Shown piece after piece: positions 26,247-33,670 of a stretch of 64,000 bases of DNA. Source of the stretch: an uncultured Candidatus Micrarchaeota archaeon (lineage in GTDB: Archaea > Micrarchaeota > Micrarchaeia > Micrarchaeales > Micrarchaeaceae). Position 1 is the first letter of the stretch, and each line of letters starts with the position of its first letter. The stretch spans positions 365-64,364 of the forward strand of contig CAVXBR010000011.1 of assembly GCA_963760035.1 (NCBI GenBank), given 5' to 3'. A model generated the notes under the pieces. It saw nothing but the letters and a program-made list of their open reading frames with translations. It was not told the DNA's origin and ran no database searches. A program made the translations under genes and the position numbers.

Positions 26247-28426
26247 AAGTGTCATTCGATAACGGGAAAACCTGGACAGGGGAAGGCCAGGGCTCGGTCA
26301 GCCCTGAGAATGCGGCGAAGAAACTGCGGAATAGGATAAGCGAAACCTTGCAAAAAGGTCTTGGACTTAGGCATGTCAAGCATGCGGGCTGGTTAGCATG
26401 GAGATCTGTTCGTACTTTCATATATTGGGGAATTATGGTATTCGCCATTGCCATAATCTTTTGGCCGGACGCCGGACGCAGTGCAACTGCAGTGACCGAG
26501 GTCTTCCTGATCGGGACGGCACTGTTACTCGTATGGACTTACCTAGACATACGCAAGCACTTCAACATACGCATATTCAAGGGCGAGCAACAGCACGGAA
26601 TACTGATAGGTCAGTCATACAAGCACTTCACTGAGTCTGGCAATCGGTCAGCGGTCGAGGTCGGAGAGGACGCGCCAAGGTACATAGACTACTTAGCGGA
26701 ACCGAACCCGCACGTGATGATGCTGGGCAGCACATCATCCGGTAAGACAACCACCATGCGGAGCTTTATCTCTAGAGTAGCGGTTACTGACAATGTGCCC
26801 TTCTTGGTAATCGACTGGAACGGAGAAAACGAAACGTGGGCCAAGGAGGCCGGCGCTACGCTGTGGAAAGTACCAGAGCACTTCAAGGTGAATCTTTTCA
26901 GGCTCAACGACATATCGAAGGAGGCGCGGGCATCGATCGCTATGGAAAACCTCGCAATAGCCGCCAGGCTCACCGCCCTGCAGGCGACACGGGTGAAGAC
27001 GCACCTGCTGAAGTTCTATTTGGAAGGCAAGGAACCATCATTGTTTGAGCTCTGGAAGGCGGTCTGCGTTGGCAAGGCATCCAAGAACAACGTGCTGGAC
27101 CAAAGGCTGAGAGCGATACAGAGAGTAATAGGAAGCGAACCCGATGAGTTCTGGAACGGGATATTCACTAGAAACAACATCGTCAGCTTACAAGGACTCA
27201 ACGAGAGCGAGAAGTCGCTGGTGTCGTATGCGATATTGCAACGCATTACGGAACTGTTCGACAAGAACCCGAACAAGGACGCCAAGCCGCGACTGCTTGT
27301 TGCAATGGACGAGGCCTGGCAGCCGGCGAAGGGCCAGGAGAGGTACCAGCAGGAGAAGGAGTCCGTAGCCGAGAGGATAGTGAGGTTGGGAAGGAAGTAT
27401 GGGATAGGAATCCTTGTATCAACGCAGCAGCTCGAGGATCTACCGAAGGTATTCTACAACTCCAGCGCGCTGGTGATGATACACCAGCACAGGGAGGCGA
27501 GCTATCACGGTAAGGATATCCTGCAGCTTGATGCATATGAGCGAGAGTATGTGAAGAACGCAGCCCAGGGCGAGATGCTGCTGCTCGACAGGGGCTACGC
27601 GCAGGCGGGGAATCCACACTCCCAGTATATCAAAGTAACTCCCTTGGCTGGCATTGAAACCCAGGCGCTCGCAGGGCTTTCAGAGCCCTATTCGCCAACG
27701 AAGATAACAGAGCAGGAGATGCCGATAGAGATGCATGATGCAGTGTCGGAGGCCAAATCATTACCGGATATACAAGATAGGGTAGAATCCAAACCCAGGA
27801 GCCCGGCAACGGCGAAGCGCAAGCTGACAATGCCGCCCAATGCAATAACGCCGCCCCAATACGCTGGCCTCTTGGCCGTCGAGGCCAACCCCAAGGCCGA
27901 GAAGAACGAGTTGGTAGGCTACATCAAAGACAGGAAGTGGTTTACCAGCCCGACGACGCTGTGGGGTTCCAAGGGCAACCCGGGAATAATCACCGACCTG
28001 CTAGAGAGGGGAATGATAAAGGAGAAAGGAAGGGGATACGCGCTCACTGATACAGGAGCGGCATGGGTGGTACCTGAACTAATGATGGCGAACCAGACGG
28101 ACAAGCTGGGTTCGGAGGAGCACAAGCAGCTGATGGTCAAAACCATAAGGATGCTCCAGTTGCAGCTCATCCTTCCGATTGTAAGCAGGGAAAAGCATTC
28201 GTTCGACATTCTCGGGATACCAGTAAATGAGAAGAAACGAGGATTATGGAATATCAAAAAGGCGAAGGGCTATGAGTGTCAGACTAGCGCGAGGAAAGAT
28301 TCGATAGGTATCAATGCTGGGAAGAGTGAAATGTGGGGAATTCCAACCGTTTGGGTGGCAGACAAGAAGGAGGTAATGGAAGGGATAAAAGAGGTGCAGC
28401 CCGAGAGCAAGTATATGAAATTATGA
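26243..28426 (+). CDS. membrane-anchored FtsK/HerA-superfamily (DUF87-like) P-loop ATPase; candidate DNA translocase/coupling protein
   Basis: Two N-terminal TM helices, Walker A GSTSSGKTT, Walker B LLVAMDEAWQ, and an RLGRKYGIGILVSTQQ motif. The C-terminal extension has a winged-helix-like segment. Start set at the ATG overlapping the upstream stop. Confidence 0.7.
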   Translation: MKVSFDNGKTWTGEGQGSVSPENAAKKLRNRISETLQKGLGLRHVKHAGWLAWRSVRTFIYWGIMVFAIAIIFWPDAGRSATAVTEVFLIGTALLLVWTYLDIRKHFNIRIFKGEQQHGILIGQSYKHFTESGNRSAVEVGEDAPRYIDYLAEPNPHVMMLGSTSSGKTTTMRSFISRVAVTDNVPFLVIDWNGENETWAKEAGATLWKVPEHFKVNLFRLNDISKEARASIAMENLAIAARLTALQATRVKTHLLKFYLEGKEPSLFELWKAVCVGKASKNNVLDQRLRAIQRVIGSEPDEFWNGIFTRNNIVSLQGLNESEKSLVSYAILQRITELFDKNPNKDAKPRLLVAMDEAWQPAKGQERYQQEKESVAERIVRLGRKYGIGILVSTQQLEDLPKVFYNSSALVMIHQHREASYHGKDILQLDAYEREYVKNAAQGEMLLLDRGYAQAGNPHSQYIKVTPLAGIETQALAGLSEPYSPTKITEQEMPIEMHDAVSEAKSLPDIQDRVESKPRSPATAKRKLTMPPNAITPPQYAGLLAVEANPKAEKNELVGYIKDRKWFTSPTTLWGSKGNPGIITDLLERGMIKEKGRGYALTDTGAAWVVPELMMANQTDKLGSEEHKQLMVKTIRMLQLQLILPIVSREKHSFDILGIPVNEKKRGLWNIKKAKGYECQTSARKDSIGINAGKSEMWGIPTVWVADKKEVMEGIKEVQPESKYMKL

Positions 28427-28435
28427 GATGGAGCG

Positions 28436-29546
28436 CTATCGCCAGTCTGCGTCGTCCTGTTTGAGGATGATCTGGTTGAACCGTGAGATAACTCTTTTGC
28501 GAAAGATGTAGGTATCTGCGAATTTGGCGTAGGTCAACCAACCTTCTAGACGTATAAGTCCTTCCGATGATGTTATTTTGTTTTCATTATATCCTTGCCT
28601 GAATTTTTCTAACCGTTTCCAGATCCGTTTCGAGTTGCTCTTCTTCAGTAGCTTGTAGTCACGGAAAACCCTAAATCCCAAAAAGGTGATACCGTGTCCC
28701 AGTTCCATGACTTGAGATTTTTCGGGGTGCAGATCCAGTTTTAGACTGGAGTTAAGGAACTTGTTTATTTCGCCTTTCCATTTTCTGAGGGTGTACTCAT
28801 CCTCGTGAAGTATCACGAAATCGTCGACATATCTGATGTAATACTTGGCCTTTAATTTGTGCTTAACGAAAAGGTCCAGTTCGTGCAGATATACATTTGC
28901 AAAAAACTGAGATGTTAGATTGCCTATCGGCATTCCCTTCCCCGAGGTCTCGGTTTTGTGGTTTTCTATTATCTTTTTTATTAACCAGATGACATTGCTA
29001 TCTTTTATTTTCCGACAGATTAGACGCATTAGCATTTTATGGTCTACGGTGTCGAAGTAGTGGCGTACGTCTGCCTTGAGTACATAGCAGGTATGTCCTT
29101 TGCCCTCTGAAAATTTACGTTGCCCCCCCCCCCAGCAATACAGGTGTTTTATGTGCAGAGCACACTTTTCTCATGAACTCCTCGAACCTCTTTATCGCTT
29201 TATGTGTTCCCTTACCCTTCTGGTTGGCGAAGGAGTCATGGATAAACTCTTTCTCCAAGATTGGGCTTATGATATTGCATAATGCGTGATGTATGACACG
29301 GTCTCTGAAATGAGACGCGCTTATTGTCCTTGTCTTGGGATCCCTTATTACAAATGTGGTTAGTGGCGCCGGAGAGTATGTGAATGTTTCCAATTCCAGT
29401 TTAAGCTGTTTGAGGTTTGCATCGAGATTCGCCTCAAACTCGATCACATAATTCCTGCGGGTCTTCCCCTTCCTTGCCTTCTTGTGGGCCAATTCTAGGT
29501 TTTCGTAAGAGCAGAGCTTTGAATATAGGTTGTTGTATGTCTTCAT
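28436..29546 (-). CDS. diversity-generating retroelement reverse transcriptase, interrupted by a 1-nt frameshift in a G11 run as sequenced
   Basis: ORFs 29115..29684 and 28436..29035 join through a third frame (..GGGQRKFSEGKGHTCYVLKADVRHYFDTVDHKMLM..) if one G of the run is removed. RT motifs present: ADVRHYFDTVDH, the DGR-typical PIGNLTSQFFANVYL ([I/L/V]GxxxSQ), RYVDDFVIL (YxDD) and ITFLGFRV. The start is taken at MKTYNNLY (29546), downstream of the TR. Confidence 0.85.
29123..29133 (-). repeat. homopolymeric G11 (C11 on the + strand) tract inside the RT gene
   Basis: Counted from tgcccccccc cccagc. Removing one G restores a single 369-codon RT frame. Confidence 0.9.
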
Positions 29547-29581
29547 GCTATTACCATGAATCCTGGGTGTGTAAGTAAGGG

Positions 29582-29681
29582 CCATTGGGGCGACATTGTT
29601 AGGCTCGTTGTTCGCATTGAGGTTGAAACGCCTTCCGTAGTTCGAGGCGTTGTTATCCGAGTGGACGTTCAGCGACAACGG
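29582..29681 (-). repeat. DGR template repeat (TR)
   Basis: About 100 bp, homologous to 30030-30129 and 30713-30812. It lies immediately 5' of the RT start. The coding-strand reading is full of AAC codons (PLSLNVHSDNNASNYGRRFNLNANNEPNNVAP). Confidence 0.9.
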
Positions 29682-29830
29682 CACAGTGTAACCGGTCTAC
29701 TGCCCCTGAGGGCTAAACGGCAGCTTCACGATTTCGGCTGTTGCTTACTCAGTGTCGCTGCTTGATCTCATGACTGGCATGTTCGTGACCTACCAGCGCT
29801 ATAGACAGGTGTGTGGTCCTCGGCTTACAC

Positions 29831-29849
29831 CCGCGAGCCTTTCTCGCGG
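29831..29849. other. GC-rich hairpin in the TR-to-target spacer
   Basis: CCGCGAG-ccttt-CTCGCGG, a perfect 7-bp stem with a 5-nt loop. Confidence 0.4.
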
Positions 29850-29908
29850 TTTGCAGGGTTTTCCCCATGCAAGCCCAGGTAGAAGTAGTTTTTATTGCGG
29901 GTTTATAT

Positions 29909-30520
29909 CTACGTTGGTCTTAGCAACCGTTCGAGCTCTGTTATTTTTGCTCCCAAATTGTCGGCGGCCTCCTCTATTTTTCTAAGCAATACGTCTACAG
30001 CTTCTGCTGGCTGCTTGGCTCGGCCCACCACCACCGGGGCGACATCGTAAGGCACGATGCACGCAAAGAGGCCGAAACGCCCCCCGCAGAGCGAGGCGAC
30101 GTCACCCGAGCGGACGCCCAGCGACAACGGGTTTTCGCCATTCCATACACGAACGGTCATTTCTACTGGTGTGCTTTCTGCTTTTTTGACAAGCTCGCCC
30201 TTCTTGTTTATCTTGTATAAATCGAGTTTCTTATTCATTCCTTTTCCTGCCAGGTAGAACCATTTATCCTTCAATGATTCCTTGAGCTTATCGTCCTTTG
30301 TTAGGATGCTAAGCGCCTCTTGGTATGTAAGGAACGTTAGTTGTGCTTTCTCAAGCATACCTTTTGAGGCAGGATAATCCGCCTTTCTTTCTGACATGTA
30401 TAGTGTGACCCCTGTGCTGCTCGTCACTTCCTTGAATCCGAGCAGCTTTCTCCTTGTTTCCTTTATTGTGGCGGTCGCCGTGCTTCCGGACGCTTTCTTA
30501 GATGAGGTTGTACTGGCCAT
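29909..30520 (-). CDS. DGR target (variable) protein 1, probable C-type-lectin/DUF1566-like fold
   Basis: 203 aa. VR1 covers residues about 131-164 (PLSLGVRSGDVASLCGGRFGLFACIVPYDVAPVV). Paralogue of the next gene. The LTYQEALSIL and KWFYLAG segments resemble the DUF1566 pattern (inference). Confidence 0.8.
   Translation of the reverse strand: MASTTSSKKASGSTATATIKETRRKLLGFKEVTSSTGVTLYMSERKADYPASKGMLEKAQLTFLTYQEALSILTKDDKLKESLKDKWFYLAGKGMNKKLDLYKINKKGELVKKAESTPVEMTVRVWNGENPLSLGVRSGDVASLCGGRFGLFACIVPYDVAPVVVGRAKQPAEAVDVLLRKIEEAADNLGAKITELERLLRPT
30022..30034 (-). other. IMH-like GC-rich element at the 3' end of VR1 (coding strand GGTGGTGGTGGGC)
   Basis: An identical 13-mer follows VR2 (30705-30717). 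The TR counterpart (AATGGCCCTTACT) diverges beyond the first five bases. Confidence 0.5.
30030..30129 (-). repeat. DGR variable repeat 1 (VR1)
   Basis: In the 95-bp core (30035-30129 vs 29587-29681) there are 22 mismatches, all at TR adenines (T on the + strand). Confidence 0.9.
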
Positions 30521-30530
30521 AGTATCACTA

Positions 30531-31172
30531 TTAGTTTAGCACTCTCAACAGCTCCTTCAGCGGGGCAGTTGTTCCCGCGACCAAAGCCCCAGCCTGCTCA
30601 GCTGCCTCAACATTTGCAACGCTCGCTTCTACACTTGCACGTAGTTCCGGCGCTATTTTTGGCGCTGTCTCTGGCTTCAGTTCAAGCTTGAAATCCTTGG
30701 CTACGCCCACCACCACCGGGGCGACAGCGTTAGGCCCGAGGTTCGCATAGAGGTAGAAACGCCCCCCGTAGCCCGAGGCGCCGCCATCCGAGCGGACGAA
30801 CAGCGACAACGGGTTCGTGCCTTTCCAAACGTTAACCCTCTCTTCGAGGGACACTTTGTCTGCACCGTCAACAAGCTCTCCCATGTAGTTTATTGTGAAT
30901 AATCCGCCCTTTTCCATTCCCACGCCTGCCACGTAGAACCATTTTCCTTTCAGCGCATTCTTTAGCGCTTCGTCCCTCATCAGTAGAGGCAGCGCCTCCT
31001 GGCGCGCGAGAGGCCTTAGGTTGGCGTCCTCAAGCGTCTTCATAGAATTAGCATGATTGGCTCCTTTATCCGACACGAACAGGGCAACTCCGGTGTTGCC
31101 GGTTATTTGCTTGAACCCCTGCCTTGTTGCGGTTGCTTGCACTGACTCCTTCATTGTCGCAGTCGTCATCAT
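30531..31172 (-). CDS. DGR target (variable) protein 2, paralogue of target 1
   Basis: Start moved to MMTTATMKES (31172) by analogy with target 1. VR2 encodes PLSLFVRSDGGASGYGGRFYLYANLGPNAVAPVV. Confidence 0.8.
   Translation of the reverse strand: MMTTATMKESVQATATRQGFKQITGNTGVALFVSDKGANHANSMKTLEDANLRPLARQEALPLLMRDEALKNALKGKWFYVAGVGMEKGGLFTINYMGELVDGADKVSLEERVNVWKGTNPLSLFVRSDGGASGYGGRFYLYANLGPNAVAPVVVGVAKDFKLELKPETAPKIAPELRASVEASVANVEAAEQAGALVAGTTAPLKELLRVLN
30705..30717 (-). other. IMH-like GC-rich element at the 3' end of VR2
   Basis: Same 13-mer as 30022-30034. Confidence 0.5.
30713..30812 (-). repeat. DGR variable repeat 2 (VR2)
   Basis: In the 95-bp core (30718-30812 vs 29587-29681) there are 18 mismatches, all at TR adenines. 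Confidence 0.9.
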
Positions 31173-31278
31173 TATCACTGTAAAACTAGCGTCGGGTATA
31201 ATATAAATACATTGCGATGAGGCGCCTCCAGCGCGCCGAACCATAACAGATATATCACAGTTCCGCCAAAATAGTATC

Positions 31279-32604
31279 ATGGGCCTTCAAAACCTATTCC
31301 TGGGCGGTGGCAACGGAATAGACATGAACAAGGAGTTCCGCGGAGCGCTCAACCAAATGGAGAATTCACAGGACAACATCTTCATAACCGGGAGGGCAGG
31401 TACAGGAAAATCCACCCTCCTTGAATATTTTAGGTCCGTAACGAAGAAGAACGTCGCTGTCCTCGCACCCACCGGCGTTGCCGCGCTCAACGTCAAGGGC
31501 CAGACGATCCATTCCTTCTTCCACTTCAAGCCTGATATCACCCTTGAGACTGTAAGGAGGGCATACGGCCCCGCGATGTACAAGAACATCGATGCGATCG
31601 TGATAGACGAGATATCGATGGTCCGCGCCGACCTGCTCGACTGCGTTGACAAATTCATGAGGCTGAACGGGAGGAACTCCGAGCTCCCGTTCGGAGGGGC
31701 ACAGATGATCCTGATAGGCGACCTCTACCAGCTTCCGCCGGTGGTCACGAACACGGAAGAGGAGATATTTAGGACTCACTACAAAAGCCCCTACTTCTTC
31801 GACTCACACTCATTTTCCGGTCTCCAGATGAAATACATAGAGCTCAAGAAGCACTACCGCCAGAAGGAACAAGAATTCATAGACCTCCTCAACGCGATAC
31901 GGAACAACTCCATCACCGACCAGCAGATAAGGCAGCTCAACTCACGCGCTGGCATGTCGTTCGTGCCCAAGCCCGGCGAGCACTACGTCACCCTCACGCC
32001 GACCAACAGGCTCGCGGATCAGATAAACAGCGAACGCCTATCGCAGATCAAGAGGCAGACACGCAGCTTCAAGGCCCACATAAGCATCGACTTCGACAAG
32101 CGTGTCCACCCGGCCCCGGACAGGCTGGAGCTGAAGGAAGGAGCGCAGGTGATGATGCTCAACAACGACCGGCACAGGAGATGGGTCAACGGAAGCATGG
32201 GCGAGGTCGTGGAGATGGAGGGTCCTGCGGGCTGGGAGGGCGTGATAACGGTCAGGCTCATAGACGGCTTCGACGTGAAGGTGGAGCCGCACACCTGGGA
32301 CCTCTTCCGTTTCTCCTATGACATCCCAAGCAGGAAGCTTGTCAGCAACAACGTCGGCAGCTTCAGCCAGTATCCGATGATGCTCGCCTGGGCCGTCACG
32401 ATCCACAAGAGCCAGGGCAAGACCTTCGACCGCGTGGTCATTGACCTGGGATCCGGCACATTCGCGCACGGCCAGCTCTACGTTGCCTTGAGCAGATGCA
32501 CGACAATGTCTGGGGTGGTGCTGAAGAGGCCGGTGCAGAGGGAGCACATCATGATGGATGGCAGGGTTGTTGAGTTCCTGAGCAAACGCGTAAAGACGGA
32601 TTAA
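31279..32604 (+). CDS. PIF1/RecD-like superfamily-1 DNA helicase (AAA_30 + UvrD_C-like)
   Basis: Walker A GRAGTGKST, Walker B IVIDEISMV, GDLYQLPPV, AWAVTIHKSQGKTFD, YVALSRC. An alternative start is possible at 31324 (MNKEF). Confidence 0.8.
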   Translation: MGLQNLFLGGGNGIDMNKEFRGALNQMENSQDNIFITGRAGTGKSTLLEYFRSVTKKNVAVLAPTGVAALNVKGQTIHSFFHFKPDITLETVRRAYGPAMYKNIDAIVIDEISMVRADLLDCVDKFMRLNGRNSELPFGGAQMILIGDLYQLPPVVTNTEEEIFRTHYKSPYFFDSHSFSGLQMKYIELKKHYRQKEQEFIDLLNAIRNNSITDQQIRQLNSRAGMSFVPKPGEHYVTLTPTNRLADQINSERLSQIKRQTRSFKAHISIDFDKRVHPAPDRLELKEGAQVMMLNNDRHRRWVNGSMGEVVEMEGPAGWEGVITVRLIDGFDVKVEPHTWDLFRFSYDIPSRKLVSNNVGSFSQYPMMLAWAVTIHKSQGKTFDRVVIDLGSGTFAHGQLYVALSRCTTMSGVVLKRPVQREHIMMDGRVVEFLSKRVKTD

Positions 32605-32610
32605 GCCGAA

Positions 32611-32658
32611 CCGCAGGCACGAGAAGCCCACGCGAAGCGTGCTGGCTTCGAGCTGCGG
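32611..32658. other. extended imperfect hairpin directly after the helicase stop codon
   Basis: CCGCAG-gcacga-GAAGCC-CACGC-gaa-GCGTG-ct-GGCTTC-gag-CTGCGG, with 17 paired positions by eye. Confidence 0.4.
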
Positions 32659-33027
32659 TGAGGCTAGCAGTCGTGGTCTGCCTTCTTATAATTTATCTGG
32701 TGGAGCAAGCTCGACTTAAGCGGCGACGCGCTTAAACCCATGCAGATAAATTCGGAGGAGAGGGCGATGGCGCTGGTTCTGGTGATGGGAATGCCGGTGG
32801 TGGTGCCGGTGCTAGGGCTCATGCTGTTGGCGATGGAGCTTGGACAGGAGGAGGTGGGGTTGGTGGTGAGGGTTAGGCTTAAGCCAGCAGGGCTTAGCGC
32901 CCCTCGCAGCCCGGCTCCGCAAATCGCCAGGGGGCTCGGGGCGCCCGGCTTGGCAGCAGCGTAGATGCTCAAACAGTACTTCTTTGGCTTGGAACTATGT
33001 GGTTATTCCTAAATCTTCTTACAAATT

Positions 33028-33113
33028 CAAGTGTAGTGGTTTCACGAGGTGACTACACATAGAGCTAGACGACAATGCTACACATCGGTCAGGCGTAGTG
33101 GCAAGTGTAGTAG
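33028..33113. repeat. cluster of five GTGTAGT(G/A)G / CTACACAT octamer sites
   Basis: caaGTGTAGTGG 33028-33039, CTACACAT 33053-33060 and 33078-33085, GCGTAGTGG 33093-33101, caaGTGTAGTAG 33102-33113. Lies upstream of the gene starting at 33156. Confidence 0.45.
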
Positions 33114-33155
33114 GGCAAATTATTAAAGCCGGAACTGTCCTTGGATGTTGAGATT

Positions 33156-33599
33156 ATGAAAGTGCTGTTCTTATGCAAAGCGAATGCGGAACGCAGCCAG
33201 ATGGCCGAGACATTCTTCAACTCTCTGTCCAGGAGGAACAAGGCGTTCAGTGCTGGGATTGTGGCAGATAAGAGACATATCGGGTGGCCACCAGGTAGGA
33301 TAGTAACAGAGCTCATGCTAAGCCTAGGTTATAATGAATTCGAGAAAGGTAAACAAAAGCAGTTGACAGAGAAGATGGCCAAGAAAGCCAACATGATTGT
33401 AGTCCTCTTATCAAAAAGCGGGCGGAGGAAGTATGTGCCTGAATACATTAAAAGGTGTAATGATGTGTTATATTGGGATGTCGGCCACTATCCACGTAGC
33501 TTGATGGCTTCGTTTCCTCCAATCACGTATAAGTACCATATCGCTATGTTATTGAAAACAAAAGCGAAGGTTGAGAGGCTTGTCAAGAAAATTGGCTAG
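33156..33599 (+). CDS. low-molecular-weight phosphotyrosine phosphatase / ArsC-family protein
   Basis: N-terminal VLFLCKANAERSQMAE contains the CX5R(S) P-loop. ATG at 33156 preferred over TTG at 33141. Confidence 0.6.
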   Translation: MKVLFLCKANAERSQMAETFFNSLSRRNKAFSAGIVADKRHIGWPPGRIVTELMLSLGYNEFEKGKQKQLTEKMAKKANMIVVLLSKSGRRKYVPEYIKRCNDVLYWDVGHYPRSLMASFPPITYKYHIAMLLKTKAKVERLVKKIG

Positions 33600-33670
33600 C
33601 GTATAGTTATATTTACTGTTGTTTGACGCCGTATAACAGTGAAAGCGAAACGCTTTTTACGACGACAGTT

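Noticed and set aside
29547-29684. Asn-rich N-terminal 46 residues of track ORF 29115..29684 (MPLSLNVHSDNNASNYGRRFNLNANNEPNNVAPMALTYTPRIHGNS)
   Set aside because: This is the DGR template repeat read in frame, homologous to the VR-encoded peptide segments. The RT most likely starts at the downstream MKTYNNLY.
28436-29684. Group II intron maturase or retron reverse transcriptase
   Set aside because: I saw no intron RNA domains, maturase X domain, endonuclease domain or msr/msd-like inverted repeats. The adjacent TR and the A-specific TR/VR pattern, plus the GxxxSQ motif, identify a DGR RT instead.
30660-30700. Short palindromes downstream of the VRs (TTCAAGCTTGAA near 30680; CAGCTTCTGCTG near 30000) as the DGR homing hairpin
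   Set aside because: The stems are only 4-6 bp, are not conserved between the two targets, and lie inside coding sequence. This is not convincing without folding or conservation analysis.
29582-30812. The three ~100-bp repeats as a CRISPR-like array or a simple gene-duplication remnant
   Set aside because: The spacing is irregular (about 450 and 680 bp). Two copies lie in-frame inside coding genes. All differences are confined to one base type of one copy, which neither CRISPR repeats nor neutral divergence would produce.
32664-32972. Low-complexity ORFs on both strands (102 aa minus, 74 aa plus) in the GC-rich block after the helicase
   Set aside because: The two frames are mutually exclusive. 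Both are Ala/Gly/Pro/Ser- or Val/Leu/Gly-rich with no motif or clear start context. I could not decide whether either is coding, so they are left unannotated.
33661-33670. Extension of the attR match into a longer degraded tRNA fragment (ACGACGA upstream resembles the tRNA-Ala anticodon-stem 3' strand)
   Set aside because: Only 7 nt, separated by a non-matching segment and with no T-arm equivalent. The evidence is too weak, so only the exact 12-mer is reported.
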